Of a stretch of DNA of 64,000 nucleotides, positions 39,464-48,518 are shown in pieces. Origin of the DNA: Pseudohongiellaceae bacterium (GTDB lineage: Bacteria > Pseudomonadota > Gammaproteobacteria > Pseudomonadales > Pseudohongiellaceae); the NCBI GenBank assembly GCA_965662685.1, contig CBFIIQ010000010.1, positions 10,148-74,147 on the forward strand, written 5' to 3'. Below the pieces are notes generated by a model. It did no database searches. It was not told where the DNA came from and worked only from the letters and a program-made list of their open reading frames with translations. How positions within the stretch are numbered: position 1 is the first letter of the stretch; the number at the start of each line of letters is the position of its first letter. The translations under genes were made by a program, and so were the position numbers.

Positions 39464-42373
39464 ATGCATTTTCCTCTCAACGTTTTCAGCAAGAGCGGCC
39501 AATCACTCATAGCCATGCTGGCTATTACAATACTTACTGCGTGTTCTGAGTCCTCAGCACCTCAGTCAGCCAGCGTCTCTGAACCAATGGAAGCAGCTTC
39601 TCCAGGTTACTCGCTAATTGAACGCGTTGATGCTGACAGCGGGGAAATAGTCATCCCCTATAGCAAATATGAACTGGATAACGGCCTCACAGTTATTATC
39701 CATGAAGACATGTCCGATCCTCTGGTACATGTGGACGTGACCTACCATGTAGGATCAGCCAGAGAAGAGGCACAACGTTCAGGCTTTGCCCATTTCTTTG
39801 AGCACATGATGTTTCAGGGTTCAGAACACGTTGCTGATGAACAGCATATTGGTATCGTTACTGAGTCTGGTGGCACCATGAATGGCACCACCAGCTTTGA
39901 TCGTACCAACTATTTTGAAACTGTCCCCAGCAACCAGCTGGAAACCATGCTCTGGCTGGAATCCGATCGTATGGGTTATTTCCTTGACGCTGTCACCCAG
40001 GAAAAATTCGAAGTACAACGCGATACAGTAAAGAATGAACGTGGCCAGAACTATGAGAATTCTCCCTATGGTTTGTGGTCAGAAAAAATGTTTACTGCCA
40101 TGTTTCCGCCTGAACATCCCTACTCCTGGATGCCAATTGGTTTTATCGAAGACCTTGATGCCGCAACTCTGGATGACCTGAAAAAATTCTTCCTGCGCTG
40201 GTATGGCCCCAATAATGCCACGCTTACCATTGGCGGCTATGTGGATGTCGAAGAGGTAATGGATCTGGTGGTGAAATATTTTGCTGAAATCCCACCTGGC
40301 CCTCCAGTAGAAAACGATGAAAAACAAGCCGCCACACTGGATGCAGATCGCTATATTTCCTATGTAGACAGAAATATCCGCTTCCCCGGACTGTTTATTG
40401 CTTATCCAACAATCCCCATGGACCATCCTGATCGCGTTGCCCTGGAGGCGATGAGTGAAATCATTACCGTGGGTAGAAAATCCTTTTTCTACAAGGAATT
40501 TATTCTGACCCAGAAAGCCATACAGGCCAGTGGTTTTAATTACATGCAGGAACTGGCCGGCATGCTTATTTTTCTCGTCCTGCCATTTCCCGGCACCCCA
40601 CTGGCAGATTTTGAAACCGAGATGCGGAACATTATTGAATCCTTTGACGCTGATTCCATCAGTGATGATGACATCCAGATTTACAAGGCAACCCAGGAAG
40701 CAGGATTAATTAACAGCCTGGCCAGTGTCAGCGGCAAGGTCCGACAACTAGCCTCCAATGAAACCTTCCTTGGGGATCCTGATCAGATTCAGAAAGAACT
40801 GGATGATATTCGCGCCCTGACCAAGGAAGATGTGTTGCGGGTATATAACACCTACATCAAGGAAAAGCCTGCCATCTACTTGAGTGTCGTACCTGAAGGA
40901 GGCGAAGATATTGTCGCCAAGCCGGATAATTTCACTATTCCTGCACGACTTTCCCAGATAGAAAGTACTCTTGATAAGCTGGAAGAACGCGACGCACCAG
41001 AATCCTTTGATCGCAATATACGCCCCACCCCACCGCCCAATCCTCTGGTTACCATGCCGGACTACTGGCGCCAGGACTTGGCCAACGGCATTGAAATGAT
41101 TGGTACCGCCAATGCAGAAGTACCTCTGGTTAGTCTGCGACTGGATTTTGATGGTGGACACCTGCTCGAATCAGCCGACAAATACGGTGTTGCCAGTCTG
41201 ACGGCGCAGATGATGAATGAAGGCACCGGGAATTTCAGTGCCGAGGAATTTGAAATTGAACTGGATAAACTGGGCAGCCGCATTTCCGTTGGCTCTGGAA
41301 GCGACAGTTTTAATATCAGTGTTCAGTCTTTGTTACGTAATATTGATGCGACACTTGATTTGCTGGAAGAACGACTGTTTCGCTCTTCATTTACCCAGGC
41401 AGATCTCGATCGTCTGCGTCAGCAGCAGATTGAAAGTATTGAGGCAAGTAAGGAAGAGCCTTCCGGCATTGCCTCTACGGTCTATCCAAAACTCATTTAT
41501 GGTGAGGATCATGCCTATGCCGTTTCAGCAGCAGGCACCATACCCACCCTGCAGGGTATTACCCTTGAAGACGTTGAAGCCTTTGCCCGCAAGAACCTGG
41601 TGAGCCAGGCCCTTAAAGTCTCCATTGTTGGTGACCTTCCCCAGCAAGACGTTATAGCCAAGCTGGATTTTCTGCAGGCATTACCCAATGAAAATGTCAG
41701 TCTCAATCAGCAGCCAACGGGCACCAATGTTGATCAGACTACCCTCTACCTGGTGGACAAACCCGGTGCGGCACAATCGGAAATTCGTATCGGCTATCTG
41801 ACAGATCTGACTTACGATGCCGCCGGAGACTACTGGGAACGCTCATTGATGAACTATATTCTTGGTGGAGCATTTAACAGCCGCATTAATCTTAACCTGC
41901 GTGAAGACAAGGGCTATACCTATGGTGCCCGCAGCAGTTTCAGTGGCAGCAAGATAGCTGGGCCATTTACCGCTTCTGCCAGCGTGCGCACAGATACAAC
42001 AGCTGACTCGGTGGTACAGTTTATCAGTGAAATCACCAATTACCGCGACAATGGCATTGCCGCAGCAGAGCTGCAATTCACCAAGGATGCCATTGGCCAG
42101 AGTGAAGCGCGGGATTATGAAACGCCTGGACAAAAAGCCGGCCTGCTGGACCAGATCATCACCTATGATCTGGAAGCCGATTTCGTCAGGCAGCAGCAAG
42201 CCGTTATCTCTGCATTGACAGCAGAACAGGTACAGGAGCTGGCGCGTGAACATCTGCCAGTTGAAAAAATGAAAATTCTTGTAGTTGGCGACAAGGCCAT
42301 GATTGAGGATTCACTACTTGCACTGGGCTATCCTATTGTCGAGCTTGATGAGGAAGGTAACCCTCTGAACTAG
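39464..42373 (+). CDS. M16 (insulinase/pitrilysin) family zinc peptidase, lipoprotein, double-module
   Basis: AAGGAG Shine-Dalgarno 6 nt before the ATG at 39464. Lipobox LTAC and HFFEHMMFQGS (HxxEH) motif. The second half is an inactive M16 module. Confidence 0.9.
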   Translation: MHFPLNVFSKSGQSLIAMLAITILTACSESSAPQSASVSEPMEAASPGYSLIERVDADSGEIVIPYSKYELDNGLTVIIHEDMSDPLVHVDVTYHVGSAREEAQRSGFAHFFEHMMFQGSEHVADEQHIGIVTESGGTMNGTTSFDRTNYFETVPSNQLETMLWLESDRMGYFLDAVTQEKFEVQRDTVKNERGQNYENSPYGLWSEKMFTAMFPPEHPYSWMPIGFIEDLDAATLDDLKKFFLRWYGPNNATLTIGGYVDVEEVMDLVVKYFAEIPPGPPVENDEKQAATLDADRYISYVDRNIRFPGLFIAYPTIPMDHPDRVALEAMSEIITVGRKSFFYKEFILTQKAIQASGFNYMQELAGMLIFLVLPFPGTPLADFETEMRNIIESFDADSISDDDIQIYKATQEAGLINSLASVSGKVRQLASNETFLGDPDQIQKELDDIRALTKEDVLRVYNTYIKEKPAIYLSVVPEGGEDIVAKPDNFTIPARLSQIESTLDKLEERDAPESFDRNIRPTPPPNPLVTMPDYWRQDLANGIEMIGTANAEVPLVSLRLDFDGGHLLESADKYGVASLTAQMMNEGTGNFSAEEFEIELDKLGSRISVGSGSDSFNISVQSLLRNIDATLDLLEERLFRSSFTQADLDRLRQQQIESIEASKEEPSGIASTVYPKLIYGEDHAYAVSAAGTIPTLQGITLEDVEAFARKNLVSQALKVSIVGDLPQQDVIAKLDFLQALPNENVSLNQQPTGTNVDQTTLYLVDKPGAAQSEIRIGYLTDLTYDAAGDYWERSLMNYILGGAFNSRINLNLREDKGYTYGARSSFSGSKIAGPFTASASVRTDTTADSVVQFISEITNYRDNGIAAAELQFTKDAIGQSEARDYETPGQKAGLLDQIITYDLEADFVRQQQAVISALTAEQVQELAREHLPVEKMKILVVGDKAMIEDSLLALGYPIVELDEEGNPLN

Positions 42374-42391
42374 GCTGCAGTGAAATCTTTT

Positions 42392-42420
42392 AAAAAGAGT
42401 CGCAATGCGGCTCTTTTTTT
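42392..42420 (+). terminator. intrinsic terminator
   Basis: AGAGTCGC-AAT-GCGGCTCT stem-loop followed by a T7 run. Confidence 0.8.
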
Positions 42421-42556
42421 ATGTACTGATTTATGTGCGAGGCTCAAAACTCCGGGTCATGGACAACGGTGCCACACGCGTTTATTCTGCCAGACTTGAA
42501 CAGGAATGAAGCCAGAAAAATTTCACCACATTAAACTCAGGAAAACTGCAGAGAAC

Positions 42557-44680
42557 ATGAACAGTTTCAATGGCTTTAAATGCAGTTACGGGTTTTTGCC
42601 TTCCTTACTCCTTAACTGCTCCCTTTTTTTCTTCGCCATAGCTCAGAGCAACGTTTTCGCTCAGGGTAATGTCACCCATGAACGATTGATGGATGATGAT
42701 GATGGCAAAAACTGGCTATCCTGGGGACGCACCTACAAGGAACAACGCTTCAGTCCCTTGCATCAAATCAACGAAAACACGGTAGCCGATCTGGGTCTGG
42801 CCTGGTCTTTCGACCTGGAAACCTACCGGGGTGTTGAAGGCACGCCCATTGTCGTGGACGGTGTTATCTATACTACCAGCGCCTGGACCGTGACCCGCGC
42901 GCTGGATGCTAAAAGCGGCGAATTATTATGGGAATACGATCCGCAAACACCACGGGCCTGGGGACGCTATGCTTGCTGCGGGCCTGTTAGCCGAGGGCTG
43001 GCTGTATGGGAAGGCAAGGTCATTATCGGCACACTGGATGGCAAACTGATAGGACTGGATGCGGCTAGCGGAGAAGAAGTCTGGATAGCACAAACTACTG
43101 ACACAGACTGGCCCTATACCATCACCGGCGCGCCCCGCGTCTTCAATGGCACTGTTTTGGTCGGTAATGGGGGTGCTGATTTCGGCGTACGCGGTTTTGT
43201 CTCGGCCTGGGATGCCCATACCGGCGAGTTCAAATGGCGTTTCTATACCGTTCCCGGCAACCCGAAAGACGGCTTTGAAAATGAAGCCATGCGGATGGCC
43301 GCTGAAACCTGGAATGGCGAATGGTGGACCCTTGGTGGAGGCGGCACTGTATGGGATTCCATTGTCTATGATCCGGCACTCAACCTGATCTATATTGGCA
43401 CCGGGAATGGTTCGCCGCTGGCTATTGAATATCGCAGCCCCGGCGGTGGGGATAATCTCTTCCTTGCCTCCATTGTTGCTCTGGATCTCACCACTGGCGA
43501 GTATGTCTGGCACTACCAGGAAGTCCCTGGCGAAAAATGGGATTACACCGCCACCCAACCAATGATACTTGCCGAACTCACTATTCAGGGTGAAGAGCGC
43601 AAGGTTATTATGCAGGCTCCAAAAAACGGCTTTTTTTATGTGCTGGACCGCGCCACCGGAGAGCTAATCTCTGCCCGGGAATTTGTGCCTAATACCTGGG
43701 CAAGCCATATCGACATGCTTACTGGGCGTCCGGTGATTAACCCCGAGGCTGATTTTGGTACACAAACAGTATTGATTACACCCGGTGCCGGCGGTGGTCA
43801 CAACTGGGAACCCATGTCATATAGCCCCGATACCGGGCTGGTCTATTTTACCGCTCAGGAAGACTGGATATCCTATTCCGTAGCCAGGGAATTTACTCCC
43901 AGACGCTTTCGCTCCAACCCTGGCTGGGGCTTTGAAAGCAATGCGGAGCGTCGCGATGAACTGGCAAGGCAATCCGCAGAGCGACGTTCTGCCTGGCTAA
44001 CAGCATGGGACCCGGTCCGGCAACAGGAAGTCTGGCGTGTAGCCCATTCAAACATTGGCTCCGGTGGCACTCTTGCCACAGCGGGCAATCTGGTAGCCCA
44101 GGGCAATATTGATAAGGAGTTTGTCATCTACCGTGCAGATAACGGTGAAAAACTCTGGAGTATGGATATCCAGACAGTGGCTTTGGCAGGAGCGGTAAGT
44201 TATGAAGTGGACGGTGAACAGTACATCGCGGTAAATGCCGGCTGGGGTGGTGGCCGCGCTATTGTAGCTCGTGCGACCGGTGAGGACTTCCCGGTTGCGC
44301 CTGCTCGCCTGCTGGTGTTTAAACTGGGTGGCACAGCGACCTTACCCGCCATGGAAACACTATCACTATCACAATCCATGCCACCACAACCTCCCCCACT
44401 CAGGGCCAATGAAGAAGTGGTGCAACTGGGTGCGCGCCTGTTCACCGAAACTTGCGCCCAATGTCATGGTCAGAATGCCATCGGCGGACTCAAGGATTTA
44501 CGTTATATGAGTATGGAAGCTCACAACAGTTTTATGACTACTGTGCTGGAAGGCACCCTGGAAGAAAAAGGCATGGCCAGTTTTGCTGATATCCTTAATG
44601 AGGAACAGGTCGACGCCATTCATTCCTATATCATCGCCCGGGCCAATGAAAGCTGGGGAAATGATTTGAATCAGCCATAA
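42557..44680 (+). CDS. PQQ-dependent quinohemoprotein alcohol dehydrogenase (type II)
   Basis: Signal peptide, 8-bladed PQQ propeller motifs, vicinal Cys-Cys (RYACCGP) and a C-terminal cytochrome c domain (CAQCHG). The start is uncertain; the ORF opens at 42506. Confidence 0.9.
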   Translation: MNSFNGFKCSYGFLPSLLLNCSLFFFAIAQSNVFAQGNVTHERLMDDDDGKNWLSWGRTYKEQRFSPLHQINENTVADLGLAWSFDLETYRGVEGTPIVVDGVIYTTSAWTVTRALDAKSGELLWEYDPQTPRAWGRYACCGPVSRGLAVWEGKVIIGTLDGKLIGLDAASGEEVWIAQTTDTDWPYTITGAPRVFNGTVLVGNGGADFGVRGFVSAWDAHTGEFKWRFYTVPGNPKDGFENEAMRMAAETWNGEWWTLGGGGTVWDSIVYDPALNLIYIGTGNGSPLAIEYRSPGGGDNLFLASIVALDLTTGEYVWHYQEVPGEKWDYTATQPMILAELTIQGEERKVIMQAPKNGFFYVLDRATGELISAREFVPNTWASHIDMLTGRPVINPEADFGTQTVLITPGAGGGHNWEPMSYSPDTGLVYFTAQEDWISYSVAREFTPRRFRSNPGWGFESNAERRDELARQSAERRSAWLTAWDPVRQQEVWRVAHSNIGSGGTLATAGNLVAQGNIDKEFVIYRADNGEKLWSMDIQTVALAGAVSYEVDGEQYIAVNAGWGGGRAIVARATGEDFPVAPARLLVFKLGGTATLPAMETLSLSQSMPPQPPPLRANEEVVQLGARLFTETCAQCHGQNAIGGLKDLRYMSMEAHNSFMTTVLEGTLEEKGMASFADILNEEQVDAIHSYIIARANESWGNDLNQP

Positions 44681-44749
44681 TTCTGCAGTGAAGATGATAA
44701 CTTTTACATTAATATTCATTCCCGAATTTTCAGCAAGATAGAGGTAGCT

Positions 44750-46192
44750 ATGACCCACGCTTTTCCCCGGACACCAGATTTTATCGTTCACAATGAGCCG
44801 GTTCGCATTGAGTGCGATATATATGATCTTATCGTAGAGGGAGAAATACCCAAAGAAATTAATGGCGTCTGGTACCGCAGTATTCCTGACCCCCAGTATC
44901 CGTCCAAGGAAGGTAATGATGTGTTTATCAGCGGTGATGGCATGGTAGGCGCTTTCTACTTTGAGAATGGCCACGTGGATTATAAATGTCGCTATGTAAT
45001 GACGGAACGTTTAAAAAATGATCGCGCCGCACGGCGCTCATTATACGGGGTATACCGTAACCCTTTCACTGACGATCCCGGCGTGCAGGGCAAAGGCCGT
45101 GGCGTTGCCAATACCACCCCTATTTATCATGGCGGCAAATTGCTGGCACTCAAGGAAGACAGCCTGGCCTGGGAGCTGGACCCGATTAGTCTGGAGACAC
45201 TGGGTGAATTTGATTATGAAGGCAAACTAAAAAGCCAGACCATGAGTGCGCATACACGACTGGATCCAGAAACCGGCGAGTTGTTTGTTTTTGGCTACGA
45301 GGCCGCAGGTCTTGCCACAACCGACGTGTCTTACTGGATTGTTGATAAGAAAGGAAAGCTGAAGAGCGAACAATGGTTCAAGGCACCCTACTGCGCGATG
45401 ATGCACGATTTTATTATCACCAAGGAACATGTTCTGTTTCCGGTGTTTCCCACCGTCTGTGACATGGAGCGACTAAAAGCTGGAGGTTCGCACTGGGCCT
45501 GGGACAGTAGCAAGAATTCATTTGTCGGCATCATGCCCCGCTATGGAGACGTGAGCGAAATGCGCTGGTTTGAAGGGCCGCCTGCCTTTTCCTACCATAT
45601 GATGAATGCCTACACCGACGGCAATCTGGTACATATGGATCTTTGTGCCGCTGACGTGAATGTCTTTCCTTTCGTACAGGAAGCAGCAGGCATTAAGATA
45701 AACCCGAGTCAAACCAATGGCAGATTGGCACGCTGGACCTTTGATCTGGCTGGCGACAGTAATACCTGGATAGAAACTATTCTTGGGCCAGACGGAGAAA
45801 TGCCTCGGGTTGCTGAAAAGGATTTCATGCAGGACTACGAAATTGCCTATTACGCCAACTTCATGATCCAGAATGGGCGCCCTATTATTTCAGGTCCGGT
45901 GCATGCAGGGTTTAACACCGCCTCCCGTATCAATATCAAGACCGGTGAAATAAAAAGTTTCTCTGCTCCTGATATCACCCTGCAGGAACCAGTGCATATC
46001 CCATCCGGGCAGCCTGACCACGAGGGCTATCTAATGATTGTCGGTGAAATCTTCGAAAAGGATCGCGCGGACGTTTATATTTTCGAAGCTGAGAAAATTG
46101 ATGCGGGCCCCATTGCTACAATCAAGATGCCTCTGCGACTTCGCGATGCAGTACATGGAAACTGGGTACCTGCAGAACAATTGAAGCGATAA
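44750..46192 (+). CDS. carotenoid oxygenase family protein (apocarotenoid/lignostilbene dioxygenase-like)
   Basis: RPE65/CCO family pattern with four conserved His contexts (SAHTRLDP, MMHDF, SYHMMNAY, AVHGNW). Confidence 0.85.
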   Translation: MTHAFPRTPDFIVHNEPVRIECDIYDLIVEGEIPKEINGVWYRSIPDPQYPSKEGNDVFISGDGMVGAFYFENGHVDYKCRYVMTERLKNDRAARRSLYGVYRNPFTDDPGVQGKGRGVANTTPIYHGGKLLALKEDSLAWELDPISLETLGEFDYEGKLKSQTMSAHTRLDPETGELFVFGYEAAGLATTDVSYWIVDKKGKLKSEQWFKAPYCAMMHDFIITKEHVLFPVFPTVCDMERLKAGGSHWAWDSSKNSFVGIMPRYGDVSEMRWFEGPPAFSYHMMNAYTDGNLVHMDLCAADVNVFPFVQEAAGIKINPSQTNGRLARWTFDLAGDSNTWIETILGPDGEMPRVAEKDFMQDYEIAYYANFMIQNGRPIISGPVHAGFNTASRINIKTGEIKSFSAPDITLQEPVHIPSGQPDHEGYLMIVGEIFEKDRADVYIFEAEKIDAGPIATIKMPLRLRDAVHGNWVPAEQLKR

Positions 46193-46228
46193 CTGAAACA
46201 CCTGCTAGAATAATAGATTGATGGAACA

Positions 46229-46819
46229 ATGATGGATTTGAGTTTGTCGGAGAATGCAGGCATCAGTGAATTATCAAACAACATTATAGTCCTGACCGGT
46301 CCGGAATCCTGTGGCAAAACTACGTTGGCCTCAGGTCTCGGGGACATGTTAAAGGCACATGTTGTACCGGAAATATCCCGTCAGTACCTGAATCAAAGGA
46401 TAAGTCGGGACAGCCAGTTCCATTACAGCGAACCAGATCTGCTCGAAATAGCCGGTGAACAGCATCGACTGGAGCAACTTGCGCTGGGGAAAAATCCTGA
46501 TGTACTACTTTGTGATACCGACCTGCTGGTGTTGATCGTCTGGAGTGAAGTCCGTTTTGGAAAATGCCACCAGTGGATCCTCGATACCTTTACCGCCAAT
46601 ATTATGAGCCACAAACGCCACTATTTGCTTTGTCACTATGATGTGCCCTGGGAAGCAGATCCTTTGCGCGAAAATCCTGATGACCGTGAAGAATTATTTG
46701 CCCTTTATCAGGACAAGCTGGATTTTTACCAGCTTGGCTACAGCATCATCTCCGGTGATATCGAAGCACGTCTGAATCAGGCCATGACAGTTATCGAGAA
46801 AAAAATTACCCGCCATTGA
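46229..46819 (+). CDS. AAA_28/NadR C-terminal-domain-like ATPase (putative nucleoside/nicotinamide riboside kinase)
   Basis: P-loop GPESCGKTT and Walker B-like LLCDTD. Its ~195-aa size matches stand-alone NadR kinase-like proteins. Confidence 0.55.
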   Translation: MMDLSLSENAGISELSNNIIVLTGPESCGKTTLASGLGDMLKAHVVPEISRQYLNQRISRDSQFHYSEPDLLEIAGEQHRLEQLALGKNPDVLLCDTDLLVLIVWSEVRFGKCHQWILDTFTANIMSHKRHYLLCHYDVPWEADPLRENPDDREELFALYQDKLDFYQLGYSIISGDIEARLNQAMTVIEKKITRH

Positions 46820-46840
46820 AATGCGCGGCACTACGCGCAA

Positions 46841-46910
46841 GTCACAAGTCACAAGTCACAAGTCACAAGTCACAAGTCACAAGTCACAAGTCACAAGTCA
46901 CAAGTCACAA
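46841..46910 (+). repeat. perfect heptanucleotide tandem array (GTCACAA)x10
   Basis: 70 nt of uninterrupted repeat read directly from the sequence. It begins 22 nt after the stop at 46817-46819. Confidence 0.98.
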
Positions 46911-46937
46911 AAAAAGGCGACTAAATTAGTCGCCTTG
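46908..46937 (-). terminator. intrinsic terminator (reads hairpin + T-run on minus strand)
   Basis: GGCGACTA-AAT-TAGTCGCC, flanked by an A7 run on the plus strand, which is a T7 run on the minus strand. Confidence 0.65.
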
Positions 46938-47000
46938 TCGGATGGCGTCCCTGCGGTCCTTATCCGACCACCAGAAAACCCTTGAAGCCTGAGAGAATGG

Positions 47001-47042
47001 TTGCTTGCCTCCTGCCTCCTGCCTCTTGTCTCTTGTCTCTTT
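47001..47042 (+). repeat. degenerate heptanucleotide array (YCTCYTG / rephased CTTGYCT, ~6 copies)
   Basis: The array reads ttgcttg cctcctg cctcctg cctcttg tctcttg tctcttt. Confidence 0.9.
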
Positions 47043-47076
47043 TATATAATCGCCTGCCGCTTCCCTGCCCCGCCCA

Positions 47077-47106
47077 CCTTTATCCTTTATCTTTTATCCT
47101 TTATCC
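47077..47106 (+). repeat. heptanucleotide array (CCTTTAT, 4 copies)
   Basis: The array reads cctttat cctttat cttttat cctttat cc, ending 12 nt before the stop codon of the minus-strand OMF gene. Confidence 0.9.
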
Positions 47107-47117
47107 GATTTTTTTAA

Positions 47118-48515
47118 CTATTCCTCCGCCTGCCAACCCCCACCAAGTGCCTGGAATAAACCGGTTATGGTATTAAGACGCAGAAGTTTATTGTCGAGAT
47201 AACTGTTGCGGGTTGCAAACAGTGTGTTTTGTGCAACCAGTACTGTCTGGAAATCCGCAACTCCTTCCTGGTATCTCACTTCGGCAATCCGGAAAGCTTC
47301 TTCTGCAGCTTGCAGGTTTTGTAATGCGACGACTCCCTGGGCTTCCAGTAATTCAATATTGCTTAATAACACTTCGACTTCATTAAATGCACCAATAACA
47401 GCACGGCGATAATTATTCAGACTGTTTTCCATGGTGATTCTGGCCTGATCGATATTTCGAAAACGCTGACCATTATCAAGCAGTGTTTGCACCAGGTTGG
47501 CATTTATATTGAGGATGGTATCAGGATCGCTCACCAATTCAGAAAGCGAAGTACTGGAGGCGTTAATACCGCCAGTCAGGGAAATTTGCGGAAATAAATC
47601 GGTCTTTACGATATCAACACTGGCACGGGCACTGCGCAAATTGGCTTCAGCCTGAACCAGATCTGGACGTCTGACCAACAACTCAGATGGCAATCCAGGT
47701 TTGACCTGAGGAACTTCAATGCTCTGCAGTGTCTGCCCGTCCACTTCAAAATTCTGCAGGGTTCTTCCCAGCAACAAAGCCAGGGATGAACGGGTTGCCA
47801 GGTCATTTTGAATAAAACTGCGCAGGTTATTACGTTCACGATCAAGCGCAATCTGCTGTTGCAGAGCTTCAATGGGCACGGCAACACCGGCATCCACCCT
47901 GGCCTGGGCAATTCGATATATGGCTTCAGCATTTTCCACATTTTGCATGGATGCCTCGACCTTATCCCGGGTCAGTAGTAACTGAAAATAAGTAGAGGCT
48001 GCTGTTCCCAGTGTATTTAGCGCTACATCAGCAACCTGGGCTACACGGAAATCATAATCTGCCACAGCCCTGTCGTAAGCTGCTGGTTTGCTGAGAATGT
48101 CATTATAGGTAAATGTCGCACCAAGACTAAAAGGCTCATTGGGGCTGGAAGAAGTTTCTGAACCATCTATTGCTGTTTCATTGTAACTGGCCCCTGTTCC
48201 GAGATTTAACAGGGGGGTGGGCAACAGGTTAAAGCCGGCTTCCCTCAGGGCAATCTGGGCTGACTCGAGATTGCGACGGTTATTTTCCAGGTCCAGATTA
48301 TTTTCCTGCACCTGGGCAATAATATTGCTCAGTTCTTCATCATTGAAGGAATTCCACCAATCGGTTTCCGGCCAACTATCGGCCTCTTCAACCACTGGTC
48401 CCTGCCAGTCTTCCGGCACATCAGCATCGGATAAGCGGGGCAACTCGGTCAGCGTACAGCTGGCCAAAGACACCATGCAGGCGAGGAATAAAAAAGAGCG
48501 AAGGCAATACATCAT
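47118..48515 (-). CDS. efflux transporter outer membrane factor lipoprotein (NodT family)
   Basis: Lipobox LASC, two OEP repeats, and a position directly downstream of macB. Confidence 0.9.
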   Translation of the reverse strand: MMYCLRSFLFLACMVSLASCTLTELPRLSDADVPEDWQGPVVEEADSWPETDWWNSFNDEELSNIIAQVQENNLDLENNRRNLESAQIALREAGFNLLPTPLLNLGTGASYNETAIDGSETSSSPNEPFSLGATFTYNDILSKPAAYDRAVADYDFRVAQVADVALNTLGTAASTYFQLLLTRDKVEASMQNVENAEAIYRIAQARVDAGVAVPIEALQQQIALDRERNNLRSFIQNDLATRSSLALLLGRTLQNFEVDGQTLQSIEVPQVKPGLPSELLVRRPDLVQAEANLRSARASVDIVKTDLFPQISLTGGINASSTSLSELVSDPDTILNINANLVQTLLDNGQRFRNIDQARITMENSLNNYRRAVIGAFNEVEVLLSNIELLEAQGVVALQNLQAAEEAFRIAEVRYQEGVADFQTVLVAQNTLFATRNSYLDNKLLRLNTITGLFQALGGGWQAEE

Positions 48516-48518
48516 AAG

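Noticed and set aside
42926-43558. A 210-aa ORF antisense to the PQQ alcohol dehydrogenase. Other long antisense ORFs are similar: 53556-54191, 35361-35927, 38446-39012, 6876-7436, 40748-41161 and 13829-14251.
   Set aside because: Each lies wholly inside, and opposite to, a gene with unmistakable family motifs. Their translations are low-complexity or Arg/Ser/Pro-biased with no recognisable motif. They are typical shadow ORFs.
46841-47106. Possible CRISPR array.
   Set aside because: The units are 7 nt and directly abutting, with no spacers. There is no leader and there are no cas genes. This is a microsatellite-type array, not a CRISPR array.
46982-47176. A 64-aa ORF across the heptamer arrays, and a 135-aa antisense ORF at 30601-31008 ending in MELQVASCKLQATSC.
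   Set aside because: The translations are simply the repeats read in frame (LLPPASCLLSLL, CKLQATSC). There is no Shine-Dalgarno, and the ORFs overlap real genes or terminators.
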